A stretch of 64,000 nt of DNA from Bilabrum cf. latius (GCA_965178125.1 OZ237740.1:186001-250000), one strand, 5' to 3'. Positions 50,592 to 63,403 are shown, counted from the first letter of the stretch. Program-made: numbers and translations. Notes: a model not told the origin generated them from the letters alone.

Positions 50592-50838
50592 AAACAAGCA
50601 GCAATCAATAAGCGAGTGCGTTTGCTCGATCTCTTACCTGGAACGATCACGGCCTGGCGCCGTTGGTGAGCTAACCTCCCCCTTGTGTTCTGGTCCCTGG
50701 TCGAATAGCAGAGCATCAAAGAATTCCACTTGCTAGGCAAGATATGGAACTCTGCTCGCTATCGTTGTTTCCCTGCCTGCAATTGAGGGAAGCTGCGGCC
50801 GGATTCTCCAATTACTGACGACTGAGGCACTTGCACGC

Positions 50839-53674
50839 TCACTGCCTGCCTTCATCGCGAATTACCTCTGCCTCCATCGCAGGCGACTCGGTGTCCGCCT
50901 CCTGCTCCACCAGCTTGCCGTCGGGGCCCACCACGAACTGCTTGGGGGGCGCGTCATCCGCGGCCCCGTCAACGTTCACGCCGGCCGCCCTGGCCGCCTT
51001 GAGCACCTCTGGGTCGTTGAGCTCCTTCTCGATCCCGCCCATGCTCTCGCTCACGGCCTGCATCTCCTGCCGATAACTGGCCTCCTTGTCAGGCACGAAG
51101 CGCTTCCCCACCCCCGCGGCGTCCTTGCTGACCGAGGCGTCCCCACTGCCTTCGCCCGCACGGGTGGTCATGAGGGCCTCGAGCAGCTGGTTGAGCCTGG
51201 GCAGCATGGTCCTGGGGTCATCCAGCAAGCCGGCGGCCACGAGGGCGTTATCGAAGATCTGCTGGGCCACCCCGGTGGCGAGGTCGGGCTGCTGCTCGCG
51301 CATGGCCCACAGCTGCCTCACAATCGGGTGCGATGGGTTCACCTCCAGCGTCTGCTTGGGCAGCATGTGCTCCTCGCTCTTGGGCGACTCGCCATCCCGC
51401 GCCCTGGCCTGGTCCATCATGCGCATCATGCGCCGCACGCTCGCAGACTCGTGGTCCACCACCACGGCCGGCGTGGACCTCAGCCTAGAGGAGGCCTTTA
51501 CTTCCTTGAGCCTCGAAGGCAGAGCCGTCTGCATGAGCCACAGCCCCAGCTCGCCGACCTGTTGGTCGCTCAGTCGACGGGGCGCAGACCCGTCCTCCGC
51601 GGCGTCCTCCTCGTTCTCCGCCTCTTCCTTGTCCTTCTGCTCCTTGGACTTGGAAGGCAAACCCACATCGCCAGACTCAGCGGTGACCAGCTCCCTGCCG
51701 TTGTACCTGGCCAGGTTGTTGAACACGAAGTCGTCCAGGCTGGCATACGCGAAGAGCACCTCGGTGTCCTGAAAGTCGTTGTCTTCGGACCCGCGGAAGG
51801 CCTCCATGTACGGAGATGCCTCTGCCAGTCCCCTGTGGGGTGCCACCAGGTAAATGATCTTCTCCTGCCCCGGCTTAGCTCGGCTGATGTACTCGTCCAA
51901 CGTGGTCAGCTCGCCTGCCGGCAGAGCCGAGGACTCGAACAGCATCAGCCTGGCGATGTCTGACTGGTACGCCGCGTCGCTGCAGATGCCCTCCTTGAGG
52001 AAGTTGCCGTACTCCTGGAAGAAGGACTGGTACTGCTTTCTGTCCTTGCGCATCTCCTGCTCGAGAAATCTGAGGATGCGCCTGGTGAGAACCGACTTGA
52101 TCCTCATCATCATGGCGGTGTCCTGCATGCTCTCCCTGGAAATGTGCAGGGGAATGTCCTCGCTGTCCACCACGCCGTGCACGAAGCGCAGCCACTCGGG
52201 AAGCACCCGACTCTCCGGCTCGATGAGCACCTTTCGAGAGTACAGATCGACGCCCGGGCTCTGGCGGCCCAGCCCGAATGCCTCGTCGTGCATCTCGGCG
52301 ATGTAGAAAAGGCCCTTGAGCTCGATGGGAGCGTCCGAAGCGAAGTGCAGGCGGTACATCTGCTCCCCATGCCTCCTCTTCGTCTTGAACTTGAAGAAAT
52401 CGTCGTACTGCTGCTCGGATACGTCCTGCTTGGACATGGTCCAGATGGCCTGTACCGTGTTCACCTGCGGAATCAACGAGTTGAAATCGAATCAAGCCGA
52501 ATGCGGGCGCCACCGAAAAGGGAATGCCAATAGAAAAATGTTCAGCAACTCCTCAACCAAAACGGCGACCACGACATGCCACGGGGCCGAGTTACTCAGC
52601 CCGTAAGGGTTAGTCGCGTCATCTTGCGTGCGGTACGAGCCGCCATGACCAGTGAATAGTGCCGGTCGGCAGACGAGCAAAAGAGCACGCGTCCATCAAA
52701 TCGGACGGGCAAACTGTCAAACAAACAACGAGCGAGTACAACAAGCATCGACCCAACCTAGCTCACCACTTCGTCGTTCAGCTTGATGGGGAATGCCACA
52801 AAGTTGGAATATTTCTCGATGACGTCCTGCACGGTCTTGGCGCTCGCAAACTCCTTCGCCGTGTCTTTGAGATGCAGCACGATGCGCGAGCCCCGCTCGG
52901 CCTCGGGGGCGGGCTCGATCGTGTAGGTGCCGTCTCCCGCGGATGTCCAGCACCAGCCTTCCTGGCCGGGTTTAGCGCTCTTTGTGAAGACCTGTACCTT
53001 GTCAGCCACCATGAATGCAGAGTAGAAACCCACTCCGAACTGGCCGATGATGTTGCTCGCCGTGTCTGAGCCCTGCCCCTGCGCCTGCATCTCCTGCAGG
53101 AAAGCCTTGGAGCCGGAAAACGCGATGGTTCCGAGATTCTGCTTCAGCTCGTCCTTGGTCAGACCAACACCTGTATCTTGGATAGTGAGGGTGCCCTCGC
53201 TTTCGTTGGTGAACACCTTGATGCCCAGTTCAGCGTCGTTTTCGGCGACGTCATCCCCAGCTACCTACATGTGGCGCACCTTCTCCAGCGCATCCGAAGC
53301 GTTTGATACCAGTTCTCGCACAAATATATGCCTGTCAGTATACAGCGCATTCGTCATGATGTCTAGCACGCGCCTTGTCTCTGCCTGGAAGGAATGAGTC
53401 TCCGGGGTGCTCTCGGGTGCTTTCACATCTGCGTGCAAGGAAGTCGAGGTTTAGCCACAGATACCACCCGGTTGGACAAAGAGTGTGCAATAATATAAGC
53501 ATATCAATGTGTGGTACGGTGGGATGGCTTACCGGACCTGGATGCAGAGCAGGAGTGGATATCTGTTCGCTGAAGGCACACGTGGCTCTTTGTCGGGGCG
53601 GCAAATCGTCGTCGACCAGCCGGTACGATACCGTGTCTGATAAACCTTGAAAACGTTCTAACACTTCTTTGCAT
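50839..53674 (-). CDS. TRAP1: Mitochondrial Hsp90 (TRAP1/Hsp75); introns 53429-53532 and 52465-52766
   Basis: Arg-rich presequence MQRSVRTFSRFIRH, then HSFQAETR, FVRELVSNASDALEK, NLGTIAFSGSKAF, IGQFGVGFYSAF, LYSRKVLI and GVVDSEDIPL. Lacks the charged linker and MEEVD. One TAG at 53265. Ends TGA. Confidence 0.93.
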
Positions 53675-53790
53675 TGCTTACAGCTCGAGTTCTGAAGAGC
53701 TGTCAAAGCCTTTGTATCGAGGGTTTGTTATGTACATGCCGCGGGGAACCTTGGCGGCGCTCCGATCGACACGAGTGAGGCATCTGCCGA

Positions 53791-55054
53791 TCACTTTCGC
53801 AACTGGCCCTCGACGCCAATCTTCTTTGCCATTTGCTCCGTCCAACTGCTAATCTTTTTCCCAGAGTCTTCTTCGTCATCTCCTTCCTCACTACCAGGCA
53901 ACGTGACCCCAGCAGGCAGCTCCTTGGAGTGCAGCTTGGGCTGCCCGCCCCTGATCACCTCGGGTGCTCCCGACGTGGCGCCCGACAGATCCATGCCCTT
54001 CTGCCGGGCAAATTCCTGCAGCTCGAGATCCTCCGAGCTCGCATTCTCAACCTCGGCCTCGTGCTCGCCCGTCCGGAAGAAGGTGTACGACAGCGTGATC
54101 TCGTCCACATCGCTCATGTTCGGGTCATCCGCAAAGTCGGGATCGACATAGAAGAAAATCTGCGAGAAGAACCAGGGCAATACTAAAGACATACTTGAGC
54201 TTCTAGTGGATGAGATTCGCTCGGTCGGAAGCCTGCGAGCAAGTGCTCCGTGCTCGCTCACCGGCATGTCGATCTCCTCGTGCGGTCGCAACCGCTGCTC
54301 CTCGAAGCAGAAGCACTGGATCTTGTTAAAGTGGATGCCAGAGCGCATCGGCGTGACGTTGTACGTAGACACGCCGGTCACTGGCTTGCTGCTGGGGTTG
54401 TAGGCGCGGTAAAAGATGAGAGCAGTCTCCCCTGGCACAACTCGGACGAAGTCTTGCTGCGGCGTGAATCTCCAAGGCATGTTGTCGCTAGTATCGGCAT
54501 TGAAGGTAATCGTTATGGGTCTAGCACCGGGAACCGGTCGCATTGTCTTGAATCGTTCCTCTGTGGCAACTTGTGTCGTTCCACCGTACCCGGTTGCCTA
54601 GCAGAAAGCCTGATACGCTGGCACCGCCGCGTAGGAAAGGCCAATAAACCCGATCAGCAACGCCAAGGCGTACAATGCCATATTTGTATTCTTATCTTCG
54701 GTTGTCTACGCATGCTTGCTTTCTATCTTTTCTCCAAACTCCCGCTGAAGTGCCCTTTGAGCCGACGTCAGGGGTAAGTCACTGTCTGGTTTGCTAGATT
54801 TCACGCGAATTTGCTAGTGGCAGTCCAATGCTGCAAACATAAAATCGTACGAAATTGATGCTGCGCATAAGTGGCTCCAAAGACGAGAGTGAAGCTGAAT
54901 AAAGGCCTAAAACTGTCTCACGCTTCATACTCTGGGTCCAGATAATGCTTGGCGCCGGTCGGCATATTCGTCGAGAAGCCGTGGACGCAAACAAACGACT
55001 CAAGTTTGTGCGCATAGTGCGGATACATGCTGATGACGCTCTCCTAGCAAACAT
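53791..55054 (-). CDS. COX11: Cytochrome c oxidase copper chaperone COX11; introns 54831-54921 and 54160-54261
   Basis: Presequence MFARRASSACIR, TM helix followed by YAAVPAYQAFC*ATGYGG, then FNKIQCFCFEEQ, DMP|IFFYVDP and ITLSYTFF. Ends TGA. Confidence 0.95.
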
Positions 55055-55148
55055 ATTTATTAAATGTGATTGCTGCAGCTGAGACGTGGAGTTCGTGAAC
55101 CTTCGTTTGCACACGGCGTTCATCATGTGCAAAGTATGCTTGTCAAGT

Positions 55149-56133
55149 TTACCCGAATCCAGCCATTGCGCCGCCAAGCATATTGGCAGCTGCGCCTGCC
55201 CCAGCGCCACCGGCTGCCGCAGCAACAGCCCCACCGAGCGCCTAGTTGGCCAAATCACCCCCGGCCCCATCCAATGCCTGGCTAGCCATGCCAGCACCGG
55301 CACCCCCCAACGTCTGCCCAGCTGTACCACCCCCAACACTGCCATCCACCGGTGCCCCGCCCACCTCTTCAAGGGCCTGATCCGCCACTGCCTGGCCCGC
55401 AGGACCCGCCTTGTCGATCAGCTGCTTCAGCGATTCCTCCGCCGCATCCAGGCCCAGAGACTCGATTTCCTCCCTTTCCTGCAAGGTTTCTGCGCAGTAC
55501 CACTTGCTGATGGAGGAGCATACGGCGGGGCACTTGACGAATTTCTCGCAGAAGTGGAGCCTGACCTCTTCCTGGCAGGGGAGTCCCACGACCGATCTGC
55601 ATGCCTCCCGGCACAGAAACTTGTTGGCAAGCCGATAATTTGGGCACATGCCTGTGGTGGTGTGGAACGTGCATATTTGCTCCACGTGGGGAGGCAGGTC
55701 TCCGTCGCACTGGAGGTCCACATACATCTTGTCGAAATTGCCTGCGTTGCAGGCCTCTCCCCGGTAACCCTCGGCGCACTCGCATTCACCAGTACTGTGG
55801 AGTAGAAATGAATAAACAGTGCAAGGCAGAGTATGACTGTCGCTCTGCCTTTCGTGGGCAAACTAATGCAAGACGTGCTCACGCTGTGCAGGTGCCATGG
55901 CCGGAACACGCGGGCGTTCCAGGACACGCGGGGGCCTGAGAGGGTGTCGTAGCTTGATTATTACTTGATATTGAAGATACAAGCCGCCGCAGGATTCCTA
56001 AAATAGGTCTCTCGGCGAACCTCTCTCCGTCAGCCGGGCTCATGTGGTTCTGCTGATTCTACCTCAACCTGATACCCCTAGTCTGCAACATGAATGCAGA
56101 TACTATTAATGGGAAAAAGAGAGGCTTCAGCAT
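55149..56133 (-). CDS. Small secreted Cys-rich protein with one EGF-like domain and a Gly/Ala-rich tail; intron ~55793-55883
   Basis: Signal MLKPLFFPLIVSAFML. CPGTPACSGHGTCTA|TGECECAEGYRGEAC is joined in phase across a GTGAGC...ACAG intron. Two TAGs. Ends TAA. Confidence 0.7.
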
Positions 56134-56274
56134 GGTCACGTATGCATACTGCGCCCACAAACTCAGTCGAGTGAGGGCGAACCGGCTATAGAAATCAGAA
56201 ATTGCATGGTTAACAGCTCGTTACAACGCACAACTGCAACTTTCATCAACTGAGCCCATATCGGAACTACTAGC

Positions 56275-58413
56275 ATGTTGTTTGCATCGTTTCTTGCAAC
56301 ATGTTGTTTGCATGCTACAGTCATTGCGCTAGATTATGCAGAACTCTGTCCTGATGGTTCCATTTCACAAATAGCAGAACTAGACTCCGATCGATGTTCG
56401 AAGCAGCCCGTTCATGCGTATACGAAATCGGAAAGCGGGCAATGGGTGCTGCAGGGGAATACTGTGGGCATGTGTGTAGAGCCGAAGCGTCCCCTTGGAT
56501 CTAATTTTGTAGCTGGTGTTTAGTTTAACGGCTGGCACACTCTTGCAACACAGACTCTTGAGAACATCACTCGCAACGGGTCATTAGCTCTTGATGTGGA
56601 ATCTGTGATCCGTAGTGAAGGTAACTTCTCACTATTTGATGTGTACGATCGATATGGCCCGGATGTAGAGACGAACGCAATGAGGTTGTACTGGCAGACG
56701 AAGCCAGAGATCGGGTGGTACTGTATTTACGAGGCCCCTAAGAATCAGCCGGGGCTCGTACCAGATTGCATGCGCGTGAATCAGACTCTTGCAACACATG
56801 CTCGCAATATTCTTAAGGCCGGGTTCGACTACATCGCGTTTGCAGCCACCAATCTACCGACCAGGAGCGTCACCTCGGAGCTCATACAGCAGCGGCCAGC
56901 AGCCGTCGTTCTGGAGCATTGGAGCATCCTGCGGCAGAGCGGCACGCCCACACCCGACTTTGCCGTGTGGAACGTCATCGACAAAGGCGCTAACACGTGG
57001 CAGGATTTCCTAGCCCTGTACAACGACCCAAAGTACACTGACATGATCCTCAAAGACCCGGCCACGGGCAAGAAGGTCTTCATCGCCCCCACAAACAGCA
57101 AGTATCCCCCGGACCCAAGCATAATCGCACAAATAGAATCCAACGGTGGGCGCAACGACGTGATCGTGCAGCAGATGTGGGCAAACCTGAAGGACGAAGA
57201 GTACGCGAACGGCACCTGGAGCTTCATGTCGCCTTGCAGGGCGGGGCTGCCGCACCCAGGGAACAACGGCAGTAGCAACAGTGCTCTGGGATCAGGGGCA
57301 GGTGCGCGCGCTGACGACGACGGCGTAATTCCCGCTCCGGATCATCCCATGTCAGTCGTGGGCGGCGTGGGGCTCTCCGAGTGCAGACAGGGCCACACGA
57401 CTGGAGCTCGGCTCGGGGACGGAACGGCCGTCTCCGTGAACCCTTCGTTCCAGCTTGGCTACTCCTCGCTTCCATTTGACGCGGCGGGTAAACTTGATGG
57501 CCTCACCATGAAGCGCCAGTTCGCCACAGCCATCCGCAGCGGTGCGCAATTCCTCTTCGTGTCCGGCTGGAACGAATTCTGCGCGCAGCCGCAGCACAAC
57601 CACTGGCACGAAGCGCCCATCGGGTCCAATTTCTCCTACTCCTAGGGACTGCACTTCGGGTCTGACCCGGACAGGTTCAAGCTGTTTGTGGACACGTACG
57701 GCAGCGAGATTGGCCGGGACATCGAGCCCACCGAGACGTACGGCACGCGGTACACCGACATCACGGCCAGCTGCCTCCGCGTCATCCGGCTGCAGAGGGC
57801 CCTGGGCACGCCCTTGTACGGTCACACATTTGACGACAATGGAAATGAGCTTCCGTGCGACGTCCAGGGCGAGGTGTGCTGCGAGTTCAATCGCTCCATG
57901 GAGAGCTGGCTCCCGGTGTGGTCGCTCAAGAGGACCGTGCCTTCTCTGCCACACGCTGACAGGGTGCTCTCCTCCAACGCGACGTGGGTGGGGTCGGTGC
58001 TCAGCGACGGGTCCTACAACGAGACGTGCACTTGGATGGGCGCACAGGCGCAGACATTCTGCGGCCAGGGAAGCCTGGTCACCACCTCGGAAGCAGTGCA
58101 GGGTCCGTTCCAGCTGCGGGAGTGCGTCCCGGGCCAACCAGCAGACAGGGTGCAGCTGTCGGTGTGTGAGGCCAGGGCACCGGCCCCTGCAGGCGCGCAC
58201 GTTATCGGGCGCGGGTCTGATTGCGATGGGCTGGGTGTGGCGGGTACGGGGGTGCAGGTGGGTTGCATGGAGCCGAGGAAGACCTCCAATACCCCCAGGG
58301 TGCTGGCTCGGTGCCTGCTGTCGGATGGTTCGTACTCGTTCGTGCTGGATGGCTCGTGCCACTCGCTGGATGGCAGCGCGGGCGATGGGACGCCGCTAGG
58401 ATTCGTGCACTGA
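56275..58413 (+). CDS. Secreted putative glycoside hydrolase (GH99/GH71-like TIM barrel) with a Cys-rich C-terminal domain
   Basis: Signal peptide, then GV*FNGWH, PEIGWYC, AGFDYI, FVSGWNEF and RDIEP motifs. Three same-frame ORFs are joined by TAGs at 56521 and 57643. Ends TGA. The family assignment is from motif recall only. Confidence 0.6.
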
Positions 58414-59563
58414 CTGATCGGATGCGTTCGTCTGGTTTGGACACTGAATCCGGATTCCGGATCACTGCCAAAGAAAAAATGTCGACTCCAGATTTGATGC
58501 TTGTCTCAGAGGAAGAATCCGAGTCTTTGCACTGCTGATAGATCTAGGACCAGTGGTTGCAGGTTTTCTCGGGTCTTAGAAGTCGGTTGGAACAATTGCT
58601 GGCAGCTTCGAGCACTATCCGGAATCCGGCTGTGCTGATGAACGTGGCACTCACTGACTTGCCTCAAAGGTGTGGAGAGCTCACCTCGGCCCAGGACATC
58701 GGAGGTGGGGAGTGCATGCGGGTGGGTCTGCATGCACTGCCCATTTTCTGGTGGTTCCTGCACAGCAGAGAGGAGGGCCCGGTTCAGGCGGACAGCGATG
58801 TGGAGGATTGCCGGGGCGGACAGTCTGGCCACCCATCCGTCTGGAAGGAGCGGGGCGATTCCTGCGATGGCGCACCGGGCTGCGGACCACCCTGCGAGGA
58901 CGTAGGGCCCACAGCAACTTCAAGTCGTCGGTGTGGTGGGAGACCTGCGGGGATCCCCATCGATTGAAGCCGGGGGCGACCATGCCTGGTGGTGCCGACT
59001 GGATCGGACCTCGTCCATGCGGCGGATGGAGGAGGATCCAGAAGGTGTCACCTGCTCAGGTACAGAGTATTACTAGTGCTACAGATGCCGCCCTAGGTCG
59101 GGCCTGCGGCGATGGGGCTATCCGGGGGCGCAAGCGACCCCGGGGGGTCCCAGCGGGGTTACGTGCACCTTTGTTCCGAGCGGCTCCGCCGGGTTATCCC
59201 GCGAGCGGAGCATGTGCGGAACTAGGCGGCGGGCGCAGCGGAACTGCGCCAGCACGTGGCCCCCGCCCAAATCCACTAGCGCTGTAGACACCTGGAACCT
59301 CGGTACCAGATCGAGTAAGGAGACGCAGATGGGGAAGAGAGTGATAGGGGGAAGTGGGACTGCAGTGAGGTGTGGGACTGCAATGGGATGAATGAGGTGG
59401 CGGCGACTAGCGGAACCGGAGTGCAGTGCAGCTGTGTTGGGCCAACGTGGAGCAAGATGCTTACGGTGTGAAAGGTGCTTCCCTCGGCAAAGTCTAAACG
59501 GTAATTATATCCGATTGGGTTCTGCAACTTGAAAGTGAAGTGTACCCACGAGGACCGCAATCG

Positions 59564-62500
59564 TTAGGTCATCCTCACCACCCGCTTCCCGTACTTGATG
59601 CTGGTGGCAGTCCGCTGCACTTCAGCCACGTTCGTCACCCCCTCCTCCGAGCCAGCACCCCCAGTGGCCGCCCCCATTTCCTGCGTCCCGGCGAGCACGG
59701 CGTCCAAGAACCGCACCGAGGCGAGGTTGAAACCGATCATGGCCTGCATCCTGCCGAGCTGCTCGTTCATTACACGTTTAAGACCCTCTAGAACGCGGTG
59801 GGTGTGCGCTGTCTGCACCATCTGAGCGCCGTGCTCCCGAACCAGAATCAGGGCGCACTTGCAGCAAAGCTCCACTCCCGCCCCACGCCCGATCAGGTGC
59901 CTCAGCACGGCGATCAGCTCCGCGGACGAAGAGAAAGGAAGCACGGACAAGGCGCCCTCCAGCTCCTCTGCCGGCAAGCTACGGATCGTCCGCAGCATGA
60001 ACATGGCAGGGGTCAGCTTCAGCAGCTCGGGCACCGGGGCGGGCGGCTCCACCAGCGGCTTCAGAGGCTCCCCCTTCTTCACGGCCATCTCCCTAGCCGC
60101 GACTTGCTGTGGGGTGAGGTCATTCAGTGCCGCCTAGAGGTCCTGCTCGTACTCTGTCCACTCCGCACGCGCCTTGCCGCAGATTGAGAGCGCCTCGATC
60201 AGTCGATCTGCTCCACGCAGCCGGTCCAAGCTCCCGCCAACCACAGCCGCCGACTCGCCCACGGGCCTCAGCTCTGGGGCGCCGGTCCTGTCAGAGCCCG
60301 GTGCCACAAGGGAGCCCCCCGCCACCACAGCCGCATCCGCAGCTGCGTCCCGTTCCCTGAGCTCTTGGTCAGTTGCGGCATCCCTCTCCCTCTCCCTCTC
60401 CATGTCGATGAACACCTGCTCCTGGCTCCTCTCCCACACTCGGATCGACCGGTCGTGCCCCACGGTCGCCAAAAACGTACCACTCGGGGAGGGCTGGCAG
60501 GCCCAGGCCTCGCCGTAGTGCCCCCTGCACTCGTGCACGAGCCTGAAGCGGTCTGCGTCCCAGATCTTGAGGAGCCCGTCCTTGCCCGCGGTGCAGAACA
60601 TATGCGTCCTTCCTATGAACTTGACGCTCATGACCGAGTCGTCGTGGGCGAACATGCTGCGGTGGCAGTCGCCGAAATCAAGGCCCCAGATCTTCACGTT
60701 CTTGTCAGAAGACGCAGTCACGAGGAGCGTGCCATCCCGTGAGATGTCCATTGACATGACAGGCAGCCGGTGCCCGTAAAGACTGAGAAAGAACTTGAGA
60801 GTGTCCTCGAAGAACACCTTGACAGTGTTGTCCAGCAGCGAAACCGCTACGAGGAGCTTGTCCGTCCGCATCGAGGGCGAGTATCTCACGTAGAGGGCCC
60901 CTTCTCCGAGCTTCATGGTGCGCGCGTGTTCCAGGGTCAGCGTGGCGAGCCCCTGGTCGGAGCCGCCTGCACCAGACATGGCCTGCTACCCCTTACCACC
61001 CTCACCCGCATCCTCTTCCTCATCCGAATCAGAGTCAGAGTCAGAGTCGGAGTCACCCGGACGCACCACACCAAAGTCCCAGAACTTGACGGTCTTGTCG
61101 CTGCTGCAAGTGCACATGCCTTTCCCATCCGGGCGCACGTCCATGGACCAAACTGCTGCCTCGTGCGCCTGGTGCTCCTCGAGAGCGTCGCCCGTCAGCA
61201 ACTCAACCAGCTGTAGCTTGCCGTCCTTTGTGCCAACGATGGCAAACCTGTCGCCAGGCGCAAAGACGCAGCACAAGGCAAACCCGACCGCAACCGTGCG
61301 CAAAGGCGCCCCCGTGTGCGCGTTCCACACCTTCAACAGGCCCGAGGAACAAGTCATGATCATGGAACCGTCGCTAGATACCGCCACGTCCCGGATGTCC
61401 GAGCGATGCCCACCCACCGCCAGCGACCCCACCTTCTGGCTTGCAAGCAGCTCAGAGGCTGCCGCGGCCTGCGCAGCATCCGCATCGACCTCATCAACGC
61501 CCTTCGAGGTGCTGACCTGCGATGGGGCGGCGCCGTCAGCGCCAGCCTCCTTGTCCTTGCCCTCCTCCAGGGCATGGATCTCCATGAGGTTGTTGCTCAT
61601 GGAGACGAGCAGTCGAGGCAACCCAGTCTGCACCGCACCCACGCCCCTCATGCTGGAGGGCAGCACCTTGATGGATCGCACCCTGTGGGACGCTCTCACC
61701 ACCGCTACCAGCTTGAGCTCGTCAGTTGCAAGGGGCATCATGGCTCGGGCGATCTCTGCCCGCAGTGCCTTGACACCATCCGCATCTTGATCGTTGCTTG
61801 CCGCACCAGCTTCCACGCCTTCGACGTCGATTCCGTCCATAGCCAGAGTGTCTTTCCATGCAGAGGCCAGCTCGTCCTCGTCCTCATCCTCGTCCATGTC
61901 GCTGTCCTCATCACCATCCTCGCCCTTCTCCGCCTGCGCCTTCTTTGCCGCCTTCTCCCGAATGCGCCGCACGCGCCTCTGAATCCTCCGGCGCACTTCC
62001 GCCGGGGTGCGCATCTCGTACACCTCGATGGCGCGGTCTGCGCCGTGCACTGCAACGAACCTCCCCGAGCGATCGGAAGTCACGGTGACGACTCGCTTGT
62101 CGGGGGCATACCGCGCAACGCCGCCCATCGCAGAAATGTGCTCAGGCTGCGCCACGTCAGAGTCCATCGTGCCGATCCCACCACCGCCGCTTAGGAACGC
62201 CTCAATCACAGATTTTGGCTCGCCTGAGGCGGCCGAGGAAGAGGAGGCTACTGCGGCATCGGACGAGCGGCCGGCCGTCTTGAGCAGCGCCCTGTGCCCG
62301 GCGGCAGTCGTGGTTCGCATAGCAAACAAGCGGAGCTGCCCGTCGGCACTGCCAGTGATGACCCTGAAAGGCGCGCTCTCGCCGTCAACGCCTGCACGCC
62401 CCGCCGCCACCTGGATGGCGTCCGTCGTGGCGGCGGTCCCTTCCCCGGCAGATGCGCCAGGTGCTTCAATGCCGCTGGAGGACATCGCAGCTCTGCCCCT

Positions 62501-63403
62501 CTTCCTCGAACCCGCCGAAGACGCACCAGCGACGGCTGCCTGCGCACTCCCACCACCCGCTGACGGGCTGGAAAACGCCCCCGTCGCGCCCACCACCTCT
62601 AGGTCCCATACCTCGTTCCTGTGACTGTGCACGGTCTGCACGCACGACTACGTCTCGAGATCCCACACCTTGAGCGTGGAGTCCTTGCTCGACGTAAGCA
62701 GCCGGAGATCGTTGGCTGACCCCACACCAGAGGAAGCAGAAGGAGCAGACCCAGCCGCACGGCCCCTCTTCCTGGCTGGTGGCCCGCCTGGTGGGGCTGT
62801 GCCTCCCACCCGACCCTCCTTGGGCACGAGCTTGCAGGCAGTCACTTCATCCCTGTGGCCCATCAATCGGCAGATGCCCGCCTGTGCCGCAACATCCCAC
62901 ACGATCGCGGTGGTGTCCCGTGACGCGCTGGCGACAAACGCGCACTCCTCATCGAAGCTCAGGCACGACACGGCCTTACGATGGCCCTTGAACGTGCACT
63001 GGCGCTCACCGTTGCGCATATCAAACACCCTTACTGAGCCATCGGAGTAGCCTACCGCCGTGCTGAATCCATTCGAGCCAACAGCGACCGCACTCACCTG
63101 CGCGGGGAGGTCCAGCCCGGTCCGGTCTTCCTCGGAAGCGAGGCGCCTCAACTGCGAGCAGGTAGCAGAACACCAAACAGGACAAAATTATAAATGTTCT
63201 ACGACGCACCCCTGATAACCGTAACGCATTGGCGAGCGTGGCCTCCTCACAATTGTACCAGTCTTCACGCTCCATACGTGAGCATCCTCCAGTCCGCCGG
63301 ACACGGCGACATCTCCCGCCGGAGTAGTATCTACATTACACTGAGGTGATGTTACAATACCGAAGCTAGAGCGTTGCTTGTACCGAAGATAGGTTTTCTG
63401 CAT
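59564..63403 (-). CDS. WDR3: WD40 SSU processome protein WDR3/Utp12/Dip2; intron 63152-63250
   Basis: MQKTYLRY...FGIV, LLDNTVKVFFEDTLKFFLSLYGHRLPV, DKNVKIWGLDFGDCHRS and the Utp12 domain LEGALSVLPF...IGFNLA. TAGs at 62648, 60986 and 60134. Ends TAA. Confidence 0.95.

Noticed and set aside
49600-50830. Short ORFs upstream of the QRT3-like gene
   Set aside because: No consistent frame even with TAG=Gln; likely intergenic or UTR sequence.
58420-59550. Possible gene or element in the spacer (ORFs 58557-58967 and 58670-59287; short TGGGACTGCA duplication near 59355 and 59373)
   Set aside because: No recognisable motifs, termini or coherent frame, so no call is supported.
202-63403. Mass pseudogenisation or C>T sequencing error as the cause of in-frame stops
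   Set aside because: Interruptions are exclusively TAG, with no internal TAA and no CGA>TGA cases. They occur in essential genes, at Gln positions, and with only one frameshift.
202-63403. Pyrrolysine or selenocysteine recoding, or a code-15 phage/prokaryote
   Set aside because: TAG is pervasive and aligns with Gln, and there are no pyl genes. Spliceosomal introns, mitochondrial presequences and eukaryote-specific genes show this is nuclear DNA.
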